Shown: positions 1 to 17,800, counted from the first letter of the stretch. The stretch is 64,000 bases of DNA from Phoronis australis (GCA_002633005.1 NMRA01000035.1:476863-540862); one strand, 5' to 3'. The notes: generated from the sequence alone by a model not told the origin. Numbers and translations: made by a program.

Positions 1-3409
<3,409 letters not shown>

Positions 3410-3578
3410 CTTGGCCTAAAATAAATAGAATACCAAATTCATCAAGGCTTCCAGATAAAATAAACAAAATACATGTTGAATTATACAAGCTGACAATTCA
3501 AAAAAGTCTGTATTTAACATTTAAAGCAGATGATTTTCGATTAATTTAAGTACTGGTAAAACTGTAACCATTACTCAC

Positions 3579-3598
3579 AGATCCTGCGATGAAAAGGA
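3579..3598 (-). promoter_or_regulatory. RPL10: RPL10 non-coding first exon with polypyrimidine TCT/5'TOP start
   Basis: Minus strand tccttttcatcgcaggatct|gtgagt. It would splice to ttttag|gccaagATG at 3415. This layout is typical of ribosomal protein genes. Confidence 0.7.
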
Positions 3599-3992
3599 CC
3601 CGTATGTAGTTGTGTGCTCACGAAATAAAACAGGTTTGAACAAGATCTTTGATTTGAGCATACATTTCAATCTTTCTTCGTATCATTGCTCAAATACTGT
3701 CAGTGGTCAAAATTACTTGTTTGGTGCTCATGAAATTGGTGATTGAATAGTGTTGAAAAAGTATGTTAATAGATCCTTTGTGCGAGCACACTGTTTAGGG
3801 CAAATCGTCGCCGATGTGTTTACAGCCTGAATATTACAAAATTAGAGTAGAAAGAAGAATACATTTACGGAAAATATACAGTTTTAAAGTGAATAAAGTT
3901 GACTAGAATGGCGTTTCAAAGATTTAAACAGACACTTTCGTAATCAATCGGGAATGGTAAACCGGAAGTCGTGCAGACGGCGCTCGTTCAGG
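3599..3992. promoter_or_regulatory. Probable bidirectional promoter of RPL10 and TELO2
   Basis: Head-to-head genes. YY1-like aatggcg at ~3907, ETS-like accggaagt at 3961, and a candidate TELO2 5'UTR donor cagg|gtaaac at ~3992. Confidence 0.45.
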
Positions 3993-4201
3993 GTAAACAC
4001 TAGTGAGTTCAATACTCTGCGACATGCACTCTGTTTTCAATGTTCTGCATACTCAGTTTCTCTTAAATGGTGTCAGAAAGTTAAACTTAACTCTCTCGAA
4101 ATTTCGACATGCCTTTTCCTAAATGCTAGCGCAGACGATGTGACTTTTTATCGGGGACGGAGCGGGGACTCACGAGTTTTTATGAGCTGCAACCGCGGGC
4201 T

Positions 4202-4264
4202 GGCGTCCTCAGCTTCTGATCGTCCCCAATACACTATTGGGGACGATCAGAAGCTGAGGACGCC
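4202..4264. repeat. Perfect palindrome, 30-bp arms with 3-nt loop
   Basis: ggcgtcctcagcttctgatcgtccccaata-cac-tattggggacgatcagaagctgaggacgcc. Confidence 0.9.
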
Positions 4265-4397
4265 TGTGGTTGTACGCAGCACAAGTTACCCACGTAGTTT
4301 ACTGTAGTATAGCCCCCACTTTTTACAGTGCTACGCTGCACATGGTCTATATGTGGTACACCACATGGGGGCTGAGAAGGCTTTAGGCCGGGCTTTA

Positions 4398-5330
4398 GGC
4401 AATGACCATCGCCTCTGTTGAGTGTTGGCCCGAACCAGAGGCGATGCAGAGGCTATAGGCGCTCTGTACGCTGGAAGCTTTTCGGCGAATTATGCCTCGC
4501 ACCGACTAAACCATCAAAGTCACGTTGTTATAAATACCTTTTGCGCATAGAGGAACACCTTAGGAGGTTGTTGATGTGTTTAATTCCGTCCAACTCGAAC
4601 AAATACTCCCGTTATGAAACTTTTTCTTCGAGCAGTCCCTATTTCAGTTCCCAAAATCGTGAAATCAACATTTTCATTTTTTTAACCAGGCTGAAAGTCA
4701 GAAGTTGCGGACCTACCGGCGAACTTTGAAAGCTGAAGTTCCCGCCTTTGCGTACGTGCTGCCAGGAGCCAGCCGTGCATTTGCCGTGTTGTTAAACATT
4801 AAAATGTTAAATATGTGCACAAAGACTATTAAATGTCATATCAACAGCATTTATTTTTATCAAATACAAACAATAATTCATTGAAATACAATCAGTTTCA
4901 AGTAACGCCAATTAAAGACAAGTATAAGTGGTGGCATTTTGGAAACGAACATTTGACTGACAAGACTGCAATGGCTCACCTTTGGCCTATTTAAAGATTG
5001 AGGTAATGAAGTCACATCACCTAGCGAGCGCGGTAAAAATTGGAGCGTGCGCAGTATAAAAATGGTGAGTTCACGATTTTGGGAACTGAAATAGGGACTG
5101 CTCGAAGAAAAAGTTTGATAATGGGAGTATTTGTTCGAGTTGGAAGGAATTAAACACATCGACAACCTCCTCAGGTGTTCCTCTATGCGCAAAAGGTATT
5201 TATGACAATGTGACTTTGATGGTTTAGTCGGTGCGAGGCATAATTCGCCGAAAAGCTTCCGGCGTACAGAGCGCCTATAACCTCTGCATCGCCTCTGGTT
5301 CGGGCCAACAGAGGCGATGGTCATTGCTTA
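4398..5330. mobile_element. Long-TIR non-autonomous DNA transposon (foldback-like)
   Basis: Inverted arms of ~280 bp (about 4398-4680 and 5060-5330) starting GCAATGACCATCGCCTCTGTTG. Another copy begins at ~35455. Confidence 0.8.
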
Positions 5331-5857
5331 AGAAGGCTTTAGCACCCCCCCACACTTTTTTCAGTGCTGTGCCGCCCATGCCCTCGTCCCCTGCGTGCAT
5401 CTTTTAAAACACAACACTTCCAAAAATGCAAGATTCTAGTCAACTTACTGCCAGTCAGCTAAAACACAATTGTTCTTATTTCAATTGCCGTTGGAGTTTC
5501 CGTTTCATATGTTACCTCTTTGATTGCACTAAGTTTGCTGGGCACAACTTTTTGAAAAAGGCACACTTTTTATCATCAGGTGCACCCAAACGGCACAGGT
5601 TCAAACCTGGTCAGGAATATCCCCTTTTATATCAGATTTTGTTTGGCCAATGCTCTTGCCCACATTGGTGCAAAGCTGTACATTTATCCACCTTACCAAA
5701 GATACCTCATAACATGGGTGTTTATTTTGACATACCTCTAGTATACATGTTCAATGAAAGTTTAACTTGGTGCTTTTGTTTGCTTGCAATGTCATTTTAT
5801 GATCTCTAATTTTTGTAGCAGGTTCACTGACGTTAAGCTTCTTCCTTTTTCAGAAAC

Positions 5858-8800
5858 ATGGGGACTGATTATGGCGTAGTCAAGAGTGAAGTTTGGCAAC
5901 TTGTACGGTCTTCTCAGAATGCTTTAATTAACCCAAAAACCCAGGCTGAAGTAGGACACTGTTTGCATCTGCTAAAGTGTCTTTTGCCCAATGGGGTATA
6001 CACAGACCAACTACCGTTTTCAGAATGCCAATTTAAAACTGCCAAGAGGGTGTTTGCAGAGGAGCACTATGGAAGACTCTGTGATTTCCTTATTATGCAA
6101 ATTGATACCGACTGGGTGAAATGGCTAGAGAATGCAAGGGAACAATTTGATGTCTTCTTCCTGAACGGAATCCATCACGAAGCATTGATTTCATTGTGCT
6201 GTGGAATTGAGAAGTCAAGGCAGGTTTCGAGGGTTGTGTAACTTCATGCAATTTTGTAGTTCAAGTCAGACATATGAAATTGACCTTTGTCAAATGCATT
6301 CTGTGTTTTATGGAAGTTTTTCTGGGTTACAGGTCACAGATTTCTTTTACTCTGTGGCGTAGCTACCATGTTCACATATGTAATATGTACGTGCGTTGTA
6401 GACAAAAATGAAAAATAAGGTGTTCGATTTTAATTGCAACTTAATTCTTAAAAAAAATCTGTGAATACTTTTAAAAGTAGAAGGACTTCATTTTTTGACA
6501 AACCTGGTACTCTCCACAATTTATTCTCCGACAGAACAAATCAAATAAAGATGTCTAAAACCTGTTGGAAGCCACTATTATTAAAATCTCTTGGTCTATT
6601 CACACCGACCTCTAGTCTACATAGACTGTCACGACGTTTCGGTCGGTCAAAAATCACACCATGAGTGTACCACGTATCCATGCTCGTTCTAAGAACGCGG
6701 GAACACCTGACGATGGCCAGAGAAGAGACCGACCGAAACGTCGTGACAGTGTATGTAGACTAGAGGTCGGTGTAAATAGACCAAGAGATTTTAATAATAG
6801 TTGTAATACGCCACCACCTCAGAGCGGTTTTAGGAAGTCTGTTGGAAGCTGCAGGTAAAGGATTATTACAATGAGTTTCCATCAAAAGATGCTTGTTCGG
6901 AATTCGGAATACATTTTAAATGTATGTTTAAATGTATAAAATTACTGTTCCTCAATTTTAGTTAAAATATTGTAAAAACACCAATGGCGTAGTCAGAAAT
7001 TGAAACATAACTTTTATCAAATTCAAATATTGTGACACAGTTTAATTATTAGTTTTCTAGACAAAAATGATAAACTACACCCATACTTGTGTAAGTTCAT
7101 CAATAGGGGAAAGCATGACGTCTATTGACACTGTTTGTTAAATGTTGTCCAACATTACATTTGTTCACACCTTTGTCTCTTAGTGTCTATAAAACCATTC
7201 AGAGTATTCTCTCCATCTACAGCCTTCTCACTATCCTTATATATAGGCCCAGTTACAGACAGCAGAAGTGTGTTTCCTTGCTAGAGCAGTTTCTATCTGG
7301 TCACCATCTGTCTGATGTGTTCTGGGACCAGTCTAGACATCCGTCGGCCAACTCGTTAAAAGATGGTGCTGAGCGCAGGCCTGTATTCTCGTCGGTCACG
7401 CAGTCTGTCTTGTTGACTTCCTGGGATGATTTGATATCGTGTATCGTTTCTCTTCCTGACAAAATGGCCAATTCCCTCAAGCAAGAGAATAGGTGAGGAG
7501 TTGTCTTCAATATAACAATAACGGTATTTAGCACATACTTACTAATAACTATACCTAATTAACACATACTGGCAAATTGCTGATTGTATATAATTGTCCA
7601 AATCTCATGTGAAAAAGGCAAAAGGCCGCTCATGGGATGTATGACAACAGTTGGCTGCAAACAGTAATTACACGGATATCGGGTCCTCAGTAGCTCAGTG
7701 GTAAGAGCACTAGACTGGCAATCTAGTGACCTGTGGTTCGATTCCCAGTTGGGGCTCCTGATTTTTCTTTTTTTATTTGATATAATTCTCAACTGGCCAA
7801 CCACAGCATCTATATATTTACTGTACCTAATTAACACGTACTGGTAAATTTCTGATTGTAAATAATTGTCCAAATCTCTGACAGATGATTAGTAATTTCT
7901 CTGTTTGGAAAGAACTGCAGCTGCTGCTCATTTGTTGAAAGCATGCTCAGCAAATCAAATGACACGCCATGACAAACCAATCTGTAGAGCTTGATCTAAA
8001 ACAATAACAAACTGTGGGATCTTCCAAAGCCCTAAAACCACCTCCAATTTGACTAAGGAACAAACGGGCCAATTTCGTTTAATAATAATGGTAAGTGGCA
8101 TGTGTCAAGCACAGGCATTAGCCCCTCGATATTACACTATGAAGAGAATCTCTTTATTATTATGGAATATCGTCGAGGGGCTGGTTAAAGGTGCCTGTGA
8201 GTCGAGTTATTTTTGTGGTGGAAAGCATGTTTTTAACCACAGAATTTAACTGATAGTGTTCTTATTTTTCAGTGACCTATTTCTCCCGCATCAGTACATC
8301 CAGCTTGTCACCGGTGACATGTTGTCATGTCTCCATAATGTATACGGCGCTCTGGAGAGTGGCAAGGATACATCTGTTCAGTTCCTGAGTCAACTCTTAG
8401 GACGACTGTGTGTTCATGGATATAATGGTAATACCAGCAGTGCTGTTGTTTTGTTGGCAGTAACACTTTATTACAATAACGGTGTCATTAACTGAAAGTT
8501 CTTGTGATGATTATGTTGAAATTTAAACCGATTTTGAGTCTTATCACTGTGATTTTTTCATGATTTGGAGGATGTTTGAAACTGATATAAAAGACCAAAT
8601 TTTGTCAGTTACTTATTTTCTGTTTGTTCATTAAGCAAAAAATTCTCACATTGTGTCATAATTTTAGTGAAGCACCTCCCATCTGTGTGAAGCGGCATTT
8701 ATTTTAGGGCAAGCAATATTGGGAATGTGTAGTATTGATCAGATGAGTTTACATTTTTAATGTACGTCTGCTCAGCAAACTGATATAAAATGTAACAGGT

Positions 8801-11800
8801 CTTGTGCATTAATCGTTGGGAAAGTTACATGAATCAGTGCTGTAATACAGGGATCTTTTGAGTTGGATTATGACACTGCTGAAAAATCAACCTGAAGGTT
8901 AAAAAAAATTTAGACTTCATTTTTTAAAAATTTAAGTTTTCATACCAAATGAAAGTCCCAAGTCACGAGATGGCAAACCTCAAACTGGTTAGTGGCAATT
9001 GACAAACTCCATTTGGTTCTTGAGTTTATCCTGTGAAATTCTAAACATCCACTTGCCATATTAAAAATCAAAACAAAGGATTCGACCCTAAAATGGGAAC
9101 CAAAGCAATGGTTTTCATAGATGGCACTGCATGGGCTTTAAATGTTACCCAGTGGGTACAACTTAGTCATCTGATTAATGGGCACTGTGATTGGAAATAT
9201 ACAATGTGAATATTGTATGGGCTTTAAATGTTACCCAGTGGGTACAACTTAGTCATCTGATTAATGGGCACTGTGATTGGAAATATACAATGTGAATATT
9301 GTATGGGCTTTAAATGTTACCCAGTGGGTACAACTTGGTCATCTGATTAATGGGCACTGTGATTGGAAATATACAATGTGAATATTGTATGGGCTTTAAA
9401 TGTTACCCAGTGGGTACAACTTGGTCATCTGATTAATGGGCACTGTGATTGGAAATGTGAATGTGAATATTGTGCCACTACACTATTATTACTACAGGCT
9501 GTTCAGAAGAGAAGTCATGTTGAATTGAGACAGACTTACAGTAAAATCTCACTGATCTAGGACACCATATGATGACTGCCAAAAGAATGCTTTGCCATAT
9601 TCAAGTTCTGTGTCATTCATCGTTGTCTCCTGGGACGATTGTAAAAAATGAGAGAAGTTACGTACTTGGAGATACTTAGTTAGTTGACCCTGAGCTGCAG
9701 GCTTTAAATGTTATGTTCAATTAACTAAAATAACTTCTCAAGTTTTTTTCCACTAGACATTATGTAGGTATTGAGCTTGAAAAGGATGTTTTGGCCAATT
9801 ATTTTTGTTTGAAATTGGTGTGGTTTTACCACTGCATTTTTTGTTTGTTTTGTTTAGATCAAGTCTGGGGGTCCCTGCTTCAGCCGTTTACCCAGTATAC
9901 AAAGACCGACTTTATCTGGGTCAGAGTGTGTAATCATCTTGTCACCAAAGTTCCTGACAGGTGTCTCGAGGCTGTCATCGTTCCTGTCATCAAAAAAGCA
10001 TCTTGGTAACAAAATGACTTAGACACTCATGCAATAATGTATCGCTGAAATGAATTAAAGATATTGTATAGTGTTCAACCTTTGTCTATTTTCTATTACA
10101 AAATGTTAATTTAAAATGCCTTTACAAGAAATTGCCATTCTCAATTTTACTGCAACGCTTTGCTGCCATATCAGTGGCTTACTGGTCGATGTTGTGTAAC
10201 TTTGTAAATATGTGAGAGTTTATAAACATGTGAAGATCTGCAGGTGTGAGTAGTTTTTGGACAACTTTATGTTTTTTTTGTCATTCACTTTGTCTCCCAT
10301 ACCTGACCTAGGGCCCGTTCAATTTTTCTGTCTTAACTTAGACCGAAATTAGGCCAACTTAAGACCGAAATGTCTTAGCCCCGTTTCAGGAAATTTCATA
10401 AGGCCAAGATTAAAACTAAAATCAGTCTAAGCTTAGACTGAAAGTTAACCAGCTATATGCTTAAGGTTGGGCTTTTGGTAAAAAATGACCAAAAGTTTGG
10501 ACTGTTATCACTGTGGATTGGTGGGGAACAAATTTTGTTGATATTATACACAATCTATAGAAGATTGTCTGCTTTCGATTTGAGAAACAGTAAAGACCTT
10601 ATGACAATGCAGTGCGACTTACCGGCACATGTGAAATGACATTTTCCAGCCATACCAGGGTTTTCTCAAGGAAACGAAATTCAAATTATATCCAAAATGT
10701 ATATAAATCCCCATTTAGAGTTTCAGGACCAAGAATATTTTTGAAACCGTATTTCACACACACTCTCTGTCAAAAAGTGACTTAATGTCTGTCTAAGTTT
10801 AGACTGAACCCCAAAATCCAATTTCATTTTTTCATGAAACGTTCTTTTCTCAATTTTTGTCTTGGTCTTAGCGTAATTTCAGTCTTAACTTATAATAAAC
10901 AAATTTTTGGTCTTGATGCTTAAGTATTAAGTCAAATTTCATGAAACGGGTCCCTGATCTTTGTGGAAATGTCATGGATTTGAAATTACTGGTGGTGTGA
11001 CTTCAATGGGTGTGGGTATTGAATGATTTAGTAGGAGCCCGACAGTGTGCGAAAATGTTTAGAAACCCTAGGACCAGCAGAATCCCAGTGGTAAAAGCAG
11101 GTGAATTTATTGATTGGTGATTTAATTGTAATCTCTCCTCTTTACTTTGTGTTTTAGGTATGGTGTTGTATCAAAACTTCTTCAGGACTCCGTCATGCAC
11201 AGCGTTCGTCTGAAGCAACTGTTGACCTCCAAACTACTCTTCATGAGGTATTTTGACAATGTAAGTCTTATTTCTCTTCATGGAAATTTATTTCAACCTG
11301 TTCTCCTTAACCGGCTAATACATAAGATTGGTAAATATAATGTTAAAGTTAGTTCATCATTGAAACCTCCCAAATTGGCATTACAGTGGTTTGAAATTAG
11401 TAAATATCACAGGGAATTTATCATGGTCAACAAACAGTTTGTTTCAACTTCGACTAACAGTATCTATTGTTTAATTAGGGTTATGGACATCTGTTGTAAT
11501 CAAAATTGTCATAATTTTTCCTCCAAATGTAAGATGATGATTTTATGAAAAGGAAATATTTAACTAACTTCTGTATACACAATCAGTCAGTATGTGTTGC
11601 ACTAATTGTAATGTGGAGTCATCAGAGGATCATTGTGTTTTGAATAAATTGCAAGCTGGGTGTCTTTCTCTATTCTTTCAGAATATCGTCCTGCAGAACA
11701 TTATAGGCTACATCACATCATCTCATTCCACAAGATCTCTTTTTATACCAGTAAGCATCTTTACTGCAGGCTGTAAAAACCTGTTTTTAAACAAACTTAC

Positions 11801-14800
11801 TGCATGCCATTTAATTGAATGTGTTCTGTGTGTCTGAATTTCAAATGTCAAATAAGCCCCTCTGTAGCCGTGACATCATTGGTTCCTATTTTACACTGTT
11901 TATAGAACTGATACTGAATGGTACTTGTATGGTGATTTTTGAAGTTTGCCTGGTATAGTCTATTTACCATCGAGTTCAGTTTGTCTACGCAATACTGTAA
12001 TCGATATTCATCAGTTCTTAAGATTTTGGTTAGTAAGGATATTGTTCGAACTGCCTGTTTTTAAGTCCAGTTTGTATGTGGCTGATATTTTGTTTCACCA
12101 GATTTTCCTGAGATTACTGAAACTATGGGGCGACAACCTTGCTCTGAAGAACACTTCTTATGAACAGCATGTATATATTACGAAGGCGTTACTGGTCTGT
12201 GTCTCATTCATTAATGATGGGGAACGCAAGGCGCATAGGGATGGTAAGAATGAATTGACCGTTGGATTTTCATGTGCTCAATATTCTCGAAAAAAAATTC
12301 AAGAATTTAGTGAAATTGTTGATGAAGTGACTTTGTTGTCAGTCAACATTGTGTAAACACTCTGTTAGTCATGAAACACTGTTAGAACTGTGTCTGAACA
12401 TCTTTTCATTCATTTGAAAGTCTCCCCTTTCTCATGGAGATTGGTCCCTATCCTAATGAGCTGTAGAGAACATCCTGTGTCAACTGCCTGGTTTGAAAAT
12501 GAGTCTATGTTTATTGACAATGTAAACGTGATTAAAAACACGACTGTAATTTCTTTTGGATAGCTTCACAGACACTCGCTCGTATTCTTTGCACAGTTTT
12601 CGATCATCAGTTATGATCGAAAACTGTGCAGAGAATGATTTTGTTTCTAGCATGTCCATTTTATTTTAATTTATTTGTCATGCGATTTTATTAAATCAAA
12701 AGGCCTAACTCGATTTTAGTTTAATAACCAGCTAAACAAGGCAAAATTCAGTTAGTCGACTTAATACAGATTTTGCTTGCTTAGAACTGCTGTATCTTCT
12801 TTTCAGAAATACTGAATTACCTGATGACAGGTGTTCAAAACCACATTGGAAGCACTTCAGCTAAAGTTCAGAGACTGGGAATGATTGTTGCTGAGAATGT
12901 TACGCAGATTGTTGAAACTGCTGGAGAAAAGCTAAAGTTTGAGGTAATGTGGATTTAGGAAGGGACCTGACGTGCATCGTTGTACTGTACTTGCACACAG
13001 AGGTATGTAATGTCGCCTACCTGTACACAAGAGGTAATGTTGTATAAACAATCTCTGAACTAGGAGGTGTAGCATTCATCTTATCAAGCGAAGATGTCTG
13101 AAAGAAGGTTGTTAAAATTCAAATATTACAGTTAATTCAGAGACTCGAAAATGGAAGACAGAAAATTTAAGGTTGACTTACTGTTGAGGGCACACTTCTA
13201 CTGAAGCCGCTTTCATTTACTTCTCTTTTTTTGTTATTTCTGTTTTAACAGACTGAGTCCTTTTAAAAAGAGGACTGTTAGAATATTTTAAGTTCAAGTG
13301 ATTATTTGGTGTGGCAAGACTTTTCTTTTCAATTAATAGCTGAAGTGGTAATGAAGTGAACCCAAGCTGGTATGTCATGTCTTAAGTTGGGCGATATGAG
13401 TGTAATGAATATTTGCTTACTACAAGGGGGAGACTCAACAATTGGTCGGACTTCAAAACCACTTTCCTGGACTGAAACACCAGCCGGCTGGATTGCAAAA
13501 CCCAATGGCCGGTGTTCCAACTTGGTGGTTGGACCTCAAAACGCGATATCCGTTACCTCAAAAGCAGATGGGTGTATTCAAAAGACTGGTTGGCCGGACC
13601 TAAAACGGGTTGGCCGGTGCTTAAACCCAATGGCCGAACTCATCGGGCTCTACTTTCACAGCAAGTCTCTGAGGAAGTCCAGCTGTCGTTTTTGATCACC
13701 GGTCAGCTTGTTAATGCACTGGCCATCATATTTTGGGTCCAGCCAACTAGTTTTTTGGGTGAGCCCATCGCGTCTTGAAGTCCAGACAACACGTTTGATC
13801 CCCGGCCATGTGGTTTTGCCGACTGTTTTTGAAGTCCAGGCCAATTGTTGATTCCCCCTTGGACAAGCTAAGACTAATGTATAATTTATTTTTAACTTCG
13901 TTAAAAAATTAAAAAGTTACCTTAGTTCACAGCGTAGAGCACCAGTGGTAAAATTTCCAATCATGTTTTTCAGTATGAAAAGGACCATGAGGTGGAAGAA
14001 TTGTTGACACTACTATCGCCACCTGGTGACCCATGTGAGGATGTTACTGAGTATGGGCATCTTGTTCTTCTTAGCACAGTCATTGTTTTCTTTTAAAAAA
14101 GTTGGCATAATGTACATGGCTTAAGTTGGCAGACAAGTCAGAAGAAAGTTTGATGTTAACCATCAGTCGAGTTGGTCAATTAGTTTGGTCCAAAAGTTTG
14201 TAACGTTTTCAAAGGAAGTTTAAAAAAATGCCATTATGGCATGGGAATTCTTTTGACCTAATTTTAGATCTGGGCCATGCCTGATGAGTCTGACTCAGAC
14301 CCCCCCCACCCCCAATCAAAGTCAGATATAGCTGGATTCCGAATAAAAAAAAAATAAGTTCAATGAAGACATAGTCCAGCTGTCCCTAGGCGTTACTCAC
14401 AAGAATTTGATAAAAGTGCAAAAATCGACGATCAATTGCAGGCGACCAATCATCATTGTGACATAAATTTCTCTTATCGAAAATATGCCTGTTTTGACTA
14501 TTCATGTTTCCATTTACAGGTGTTTTTTAAGTCACGTTTGGCCTTAGCATTCTATAAATTCAATATAATTGCCAATAAAAACCTTTTTGTCATTGGACAT
14601 GTTGTGGAATGTTGCCTGAATGGAGTTAGCTGTGCTAAAATTATCTAATCATTTACTTCAAGGCCTATAGCATCTCTCAGTCTTCAAGAAGACACTCATC
14701 TAACGGACGTAACAACAGGAAAGTTGGAGACGACAGAATCGGGGGATCTTGACAGGTTCGTGATTCATCTACAGTGCTGTACTTTGTTGTTTTCAAATGC

Positions 14801-17800
14801 ATTGTGGTACGGTCGTTGCTTGTGAACATGCAGTGATGTCACCGATAACTTGCAATTTAGGAAAAATGCTTTGTTACTTGAGCGCACCAGAATTGAAAGT
14901 AGACGTCCACTGCAGCATGTTTGGGTGTGAGTGACCATAACTGATCATCATACAAAACGACTGAAAATGAGGCTCAGAATTTATTGAATAAAATACGGAT
15001 AAATTCCAAATCTTTTGCACTAAAGATTATCAAGGCAAGTGTCATCTAATATGCATATAATAAGTTAAATCTCATAATCAAAAATGCAAATTATTAATCA
15101 CATTACAAGTAATCTGTGATGTCACCGGATGTTAATGAACCGATAACCATTCCACAATGCATTTGAAAATTGACAGCAGCGCTGTTAAAAATATAACCAA
15201 TAATGATTTGATTTTTCTCAATGTTATGTGTGCCATGTGAAGCCTACTGCAACCATAAATAATTAGGTCATAAACAATTGATATGACAGTTTGATGTACA
15301 ATTTCGGTTTATTCTAGAGTCATGATAATTAAATGTTAACACTAACTAAATTTCGTTTACTGTTGCAGCTTCCTTACATTCAACATGTGTCTAAAGAAGG
15401 CCTGTTATTTCAATGCCTGCACAGGTAGCCTTGTGTTTCTTGTAGTGACTAGTGATGGGTAATTCTATAAGTTATTTTTATGTGAGGCGAAGCTTATCTC
15501 TTTAATAATTTCAGTGATGATGACCTGGAGCCTTATGACATGTCACATGATACAAAACAAATAAAGGTCAAGGCCCCATTGTACATTCGTGACTGCATGG
15601 AAGGTAAGATATCCCATGGATGTGAATAGGTGCCAAATCTGTTTTATTTTTCTAATCCAAATTGTACAAAAACCCTTCAAGATTCGCTTGAGATTCACGC
15701 CATCTGGAAAGTGTGCACAGTCAGGCTCTGACCTCACATTCAGATGATTATCAAAACATTTTTGTTTTAATATGCAAATATGAAATTGCATCATGTTCCT
15801 CTTAGACTAGTTTTGTCATCTTCCAGAGAATGACATAAACAAATATTTCTCAACACTTTTAGTCTTATCGTCGAAGATTACACTTCAGTTTTATGCATAT
15901 GGTCATATAATCATTGTTAAAAGCCATAACTCAAATTTTACCTTCCTTCAGAAAATATGCTTTTAATATGAGTTAAAATCTTTTACTAATTGCAAATATA
16001 TGGCTAAATTCATAGACATGTCGATAAAGTCCTACATAATCTTTATAAAGTTGCAATTGGCATCTTTTTCTTAACACTTGCACAATGTTGCAGGCCTCAT
16101 TTCGTCAGATCAACCGGATCGCGTGGAAGTTTGTTTAGTCGAAGCTGAGAAATTAATTCGCAGAAAGCCAGACAACTTAGAAGAGGTATACCATCATGGT
16201 GATGTTATGTTTCAGTTTTAAGGGTACTTTGAATGCCCCATGTAATACCACAAGTAGAGTTTATCCGCAAAAAGCTCAAGAGAAAATCTTGTAAAACAGG
16301 ACAACTATTCAGTCTATTCGAAGTTTATCGAAAACCCCAACTGATAATTCCCAAGTGGCAACGAATGCTTCTTAGTGGTTGCTATCACAGTAGCCACTTA
16401 GAACAGTGCCTGGACTTTGTTGACCAACTTTGTTTGTTTGGAGATTAGGGAACAGAGATGGCTGTCAGTGATAACCACTGCCAGCTGGTAACAATATTCT
16501 TTCCCACTCATTTTAGAAACTACAGACTATGCATGCTGTAAACATCCCTTTCAAATGAGATAAGGATCAATTTGGAGAAATCTTTTGAATTTCTCCAATG
16601 TCAGGTGGTCAGCCCCATGGGATCTGTCCACATTCCAGTCTCACTAGGGGGGGTAATCATCAATAGAGTGACTCTATTCACTAGGTCACACAGTGAGGAT
16701 ACTCTTTTTCACAGATCATATCTAAACAGAAAGCTTGAAAGCATCCAGGCTGTATTTTTCCATTATCTTTTTGGGACATGAAAAGCAATGGAAGCCATAA
16801 AATCTTAACTGAATAGTAAAAATTACACTATGTGGGTTCTTGAATTTTCAAAATTGGTTATGACAAGGAATAGGGATTTTGTCAACAAAAACCCAAGCCT
16901 TGATATATTCACTGGAAAATAGTACCCAATGTGGCTTATCAGCTGCATCACTAACTCACAATTATGGAAGTTGTACCTGAAAGAATGAACTAGATAAAAC
17001 CTGTTGTGATGAAGAACATCCTTTCCTTTAAGGGGAACGTTCAAGACATGGAAACCTAAATTCGTCTTGGAAAGTTGAACTTTTTCATTGCTTGAATGGC
17101 AAAAATGAGTTAACTGCAACAGAAGAAAAGAGTAAAGCTGTTCCTTTGTTGATACGTCCCAATCTCTATTGTGTAACCTGTCTGAGCAACACATAGATAT
17201 CAAAGTGATCGGAACACAATCAAAGAATGCAGTGCAATTTGAATAGGGGAAAGTGTCACATGGACTTCATTACATAAACTAAACACATTTTGTGTCTTTT
17301 TCTAATCTATTGTAAAATTGCTGATTTGCCACATTTCAGATAGCCGTTGAATTTGCCAAGATCCTTCTCCATCTCCAGAATAACTTTGCTATGGTTACGT
17401 TCCACAGCGCAAGACATTCGGCTCTTACAGCTCTGACTGTACACTGCCCTGTCAAGGTAGAATTAATTTTCTGTCTCTTAGGTTTTGTCGGACTACACTC
17501 TTAAATTATAGTGAATTTTTATCGTCTCTGTAGTCATCACAATTAGGTCTTAGTGGGGGGCCATTTGAGATGAATAAGTAGAAGTCACCAGTTCCTTCTC
17601 GCTTTATAGCAAGCCAAAATTATTCAAGACCGACAAAATGACCTGGAACAGTTAAGTGGAAGCCGAATTTATCATCGTACCTGACAGAGAATGACGGGGA
17701 ATTGACAGGAAAGTTAGAATCTTGCCGCCCTACTAGTTATTACCAGTAGTTTTGCTATTGGCAGAATTAGAGCCATCATGACGGGAAACGGTATTTTGTC

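Noticed and set aside
4418-5324. Similar ORFs at 4418, 4878 and 35459
   Set aside because: Chance ORFs within the inverted arms of a non-autonomous element; no transposase motifs.
9131-9473. Regular repeats resembling a CRISPR array
   Set aside because: Head-to-tail 86-bp units without unique spacers, in a eukaryotic intron.
14281-14300. CTGATGA followed by hairpin gtctga-c-tcagac (hammerhead-like)
   Set aside because: The GAAA strand and cleavage triplet are missing.
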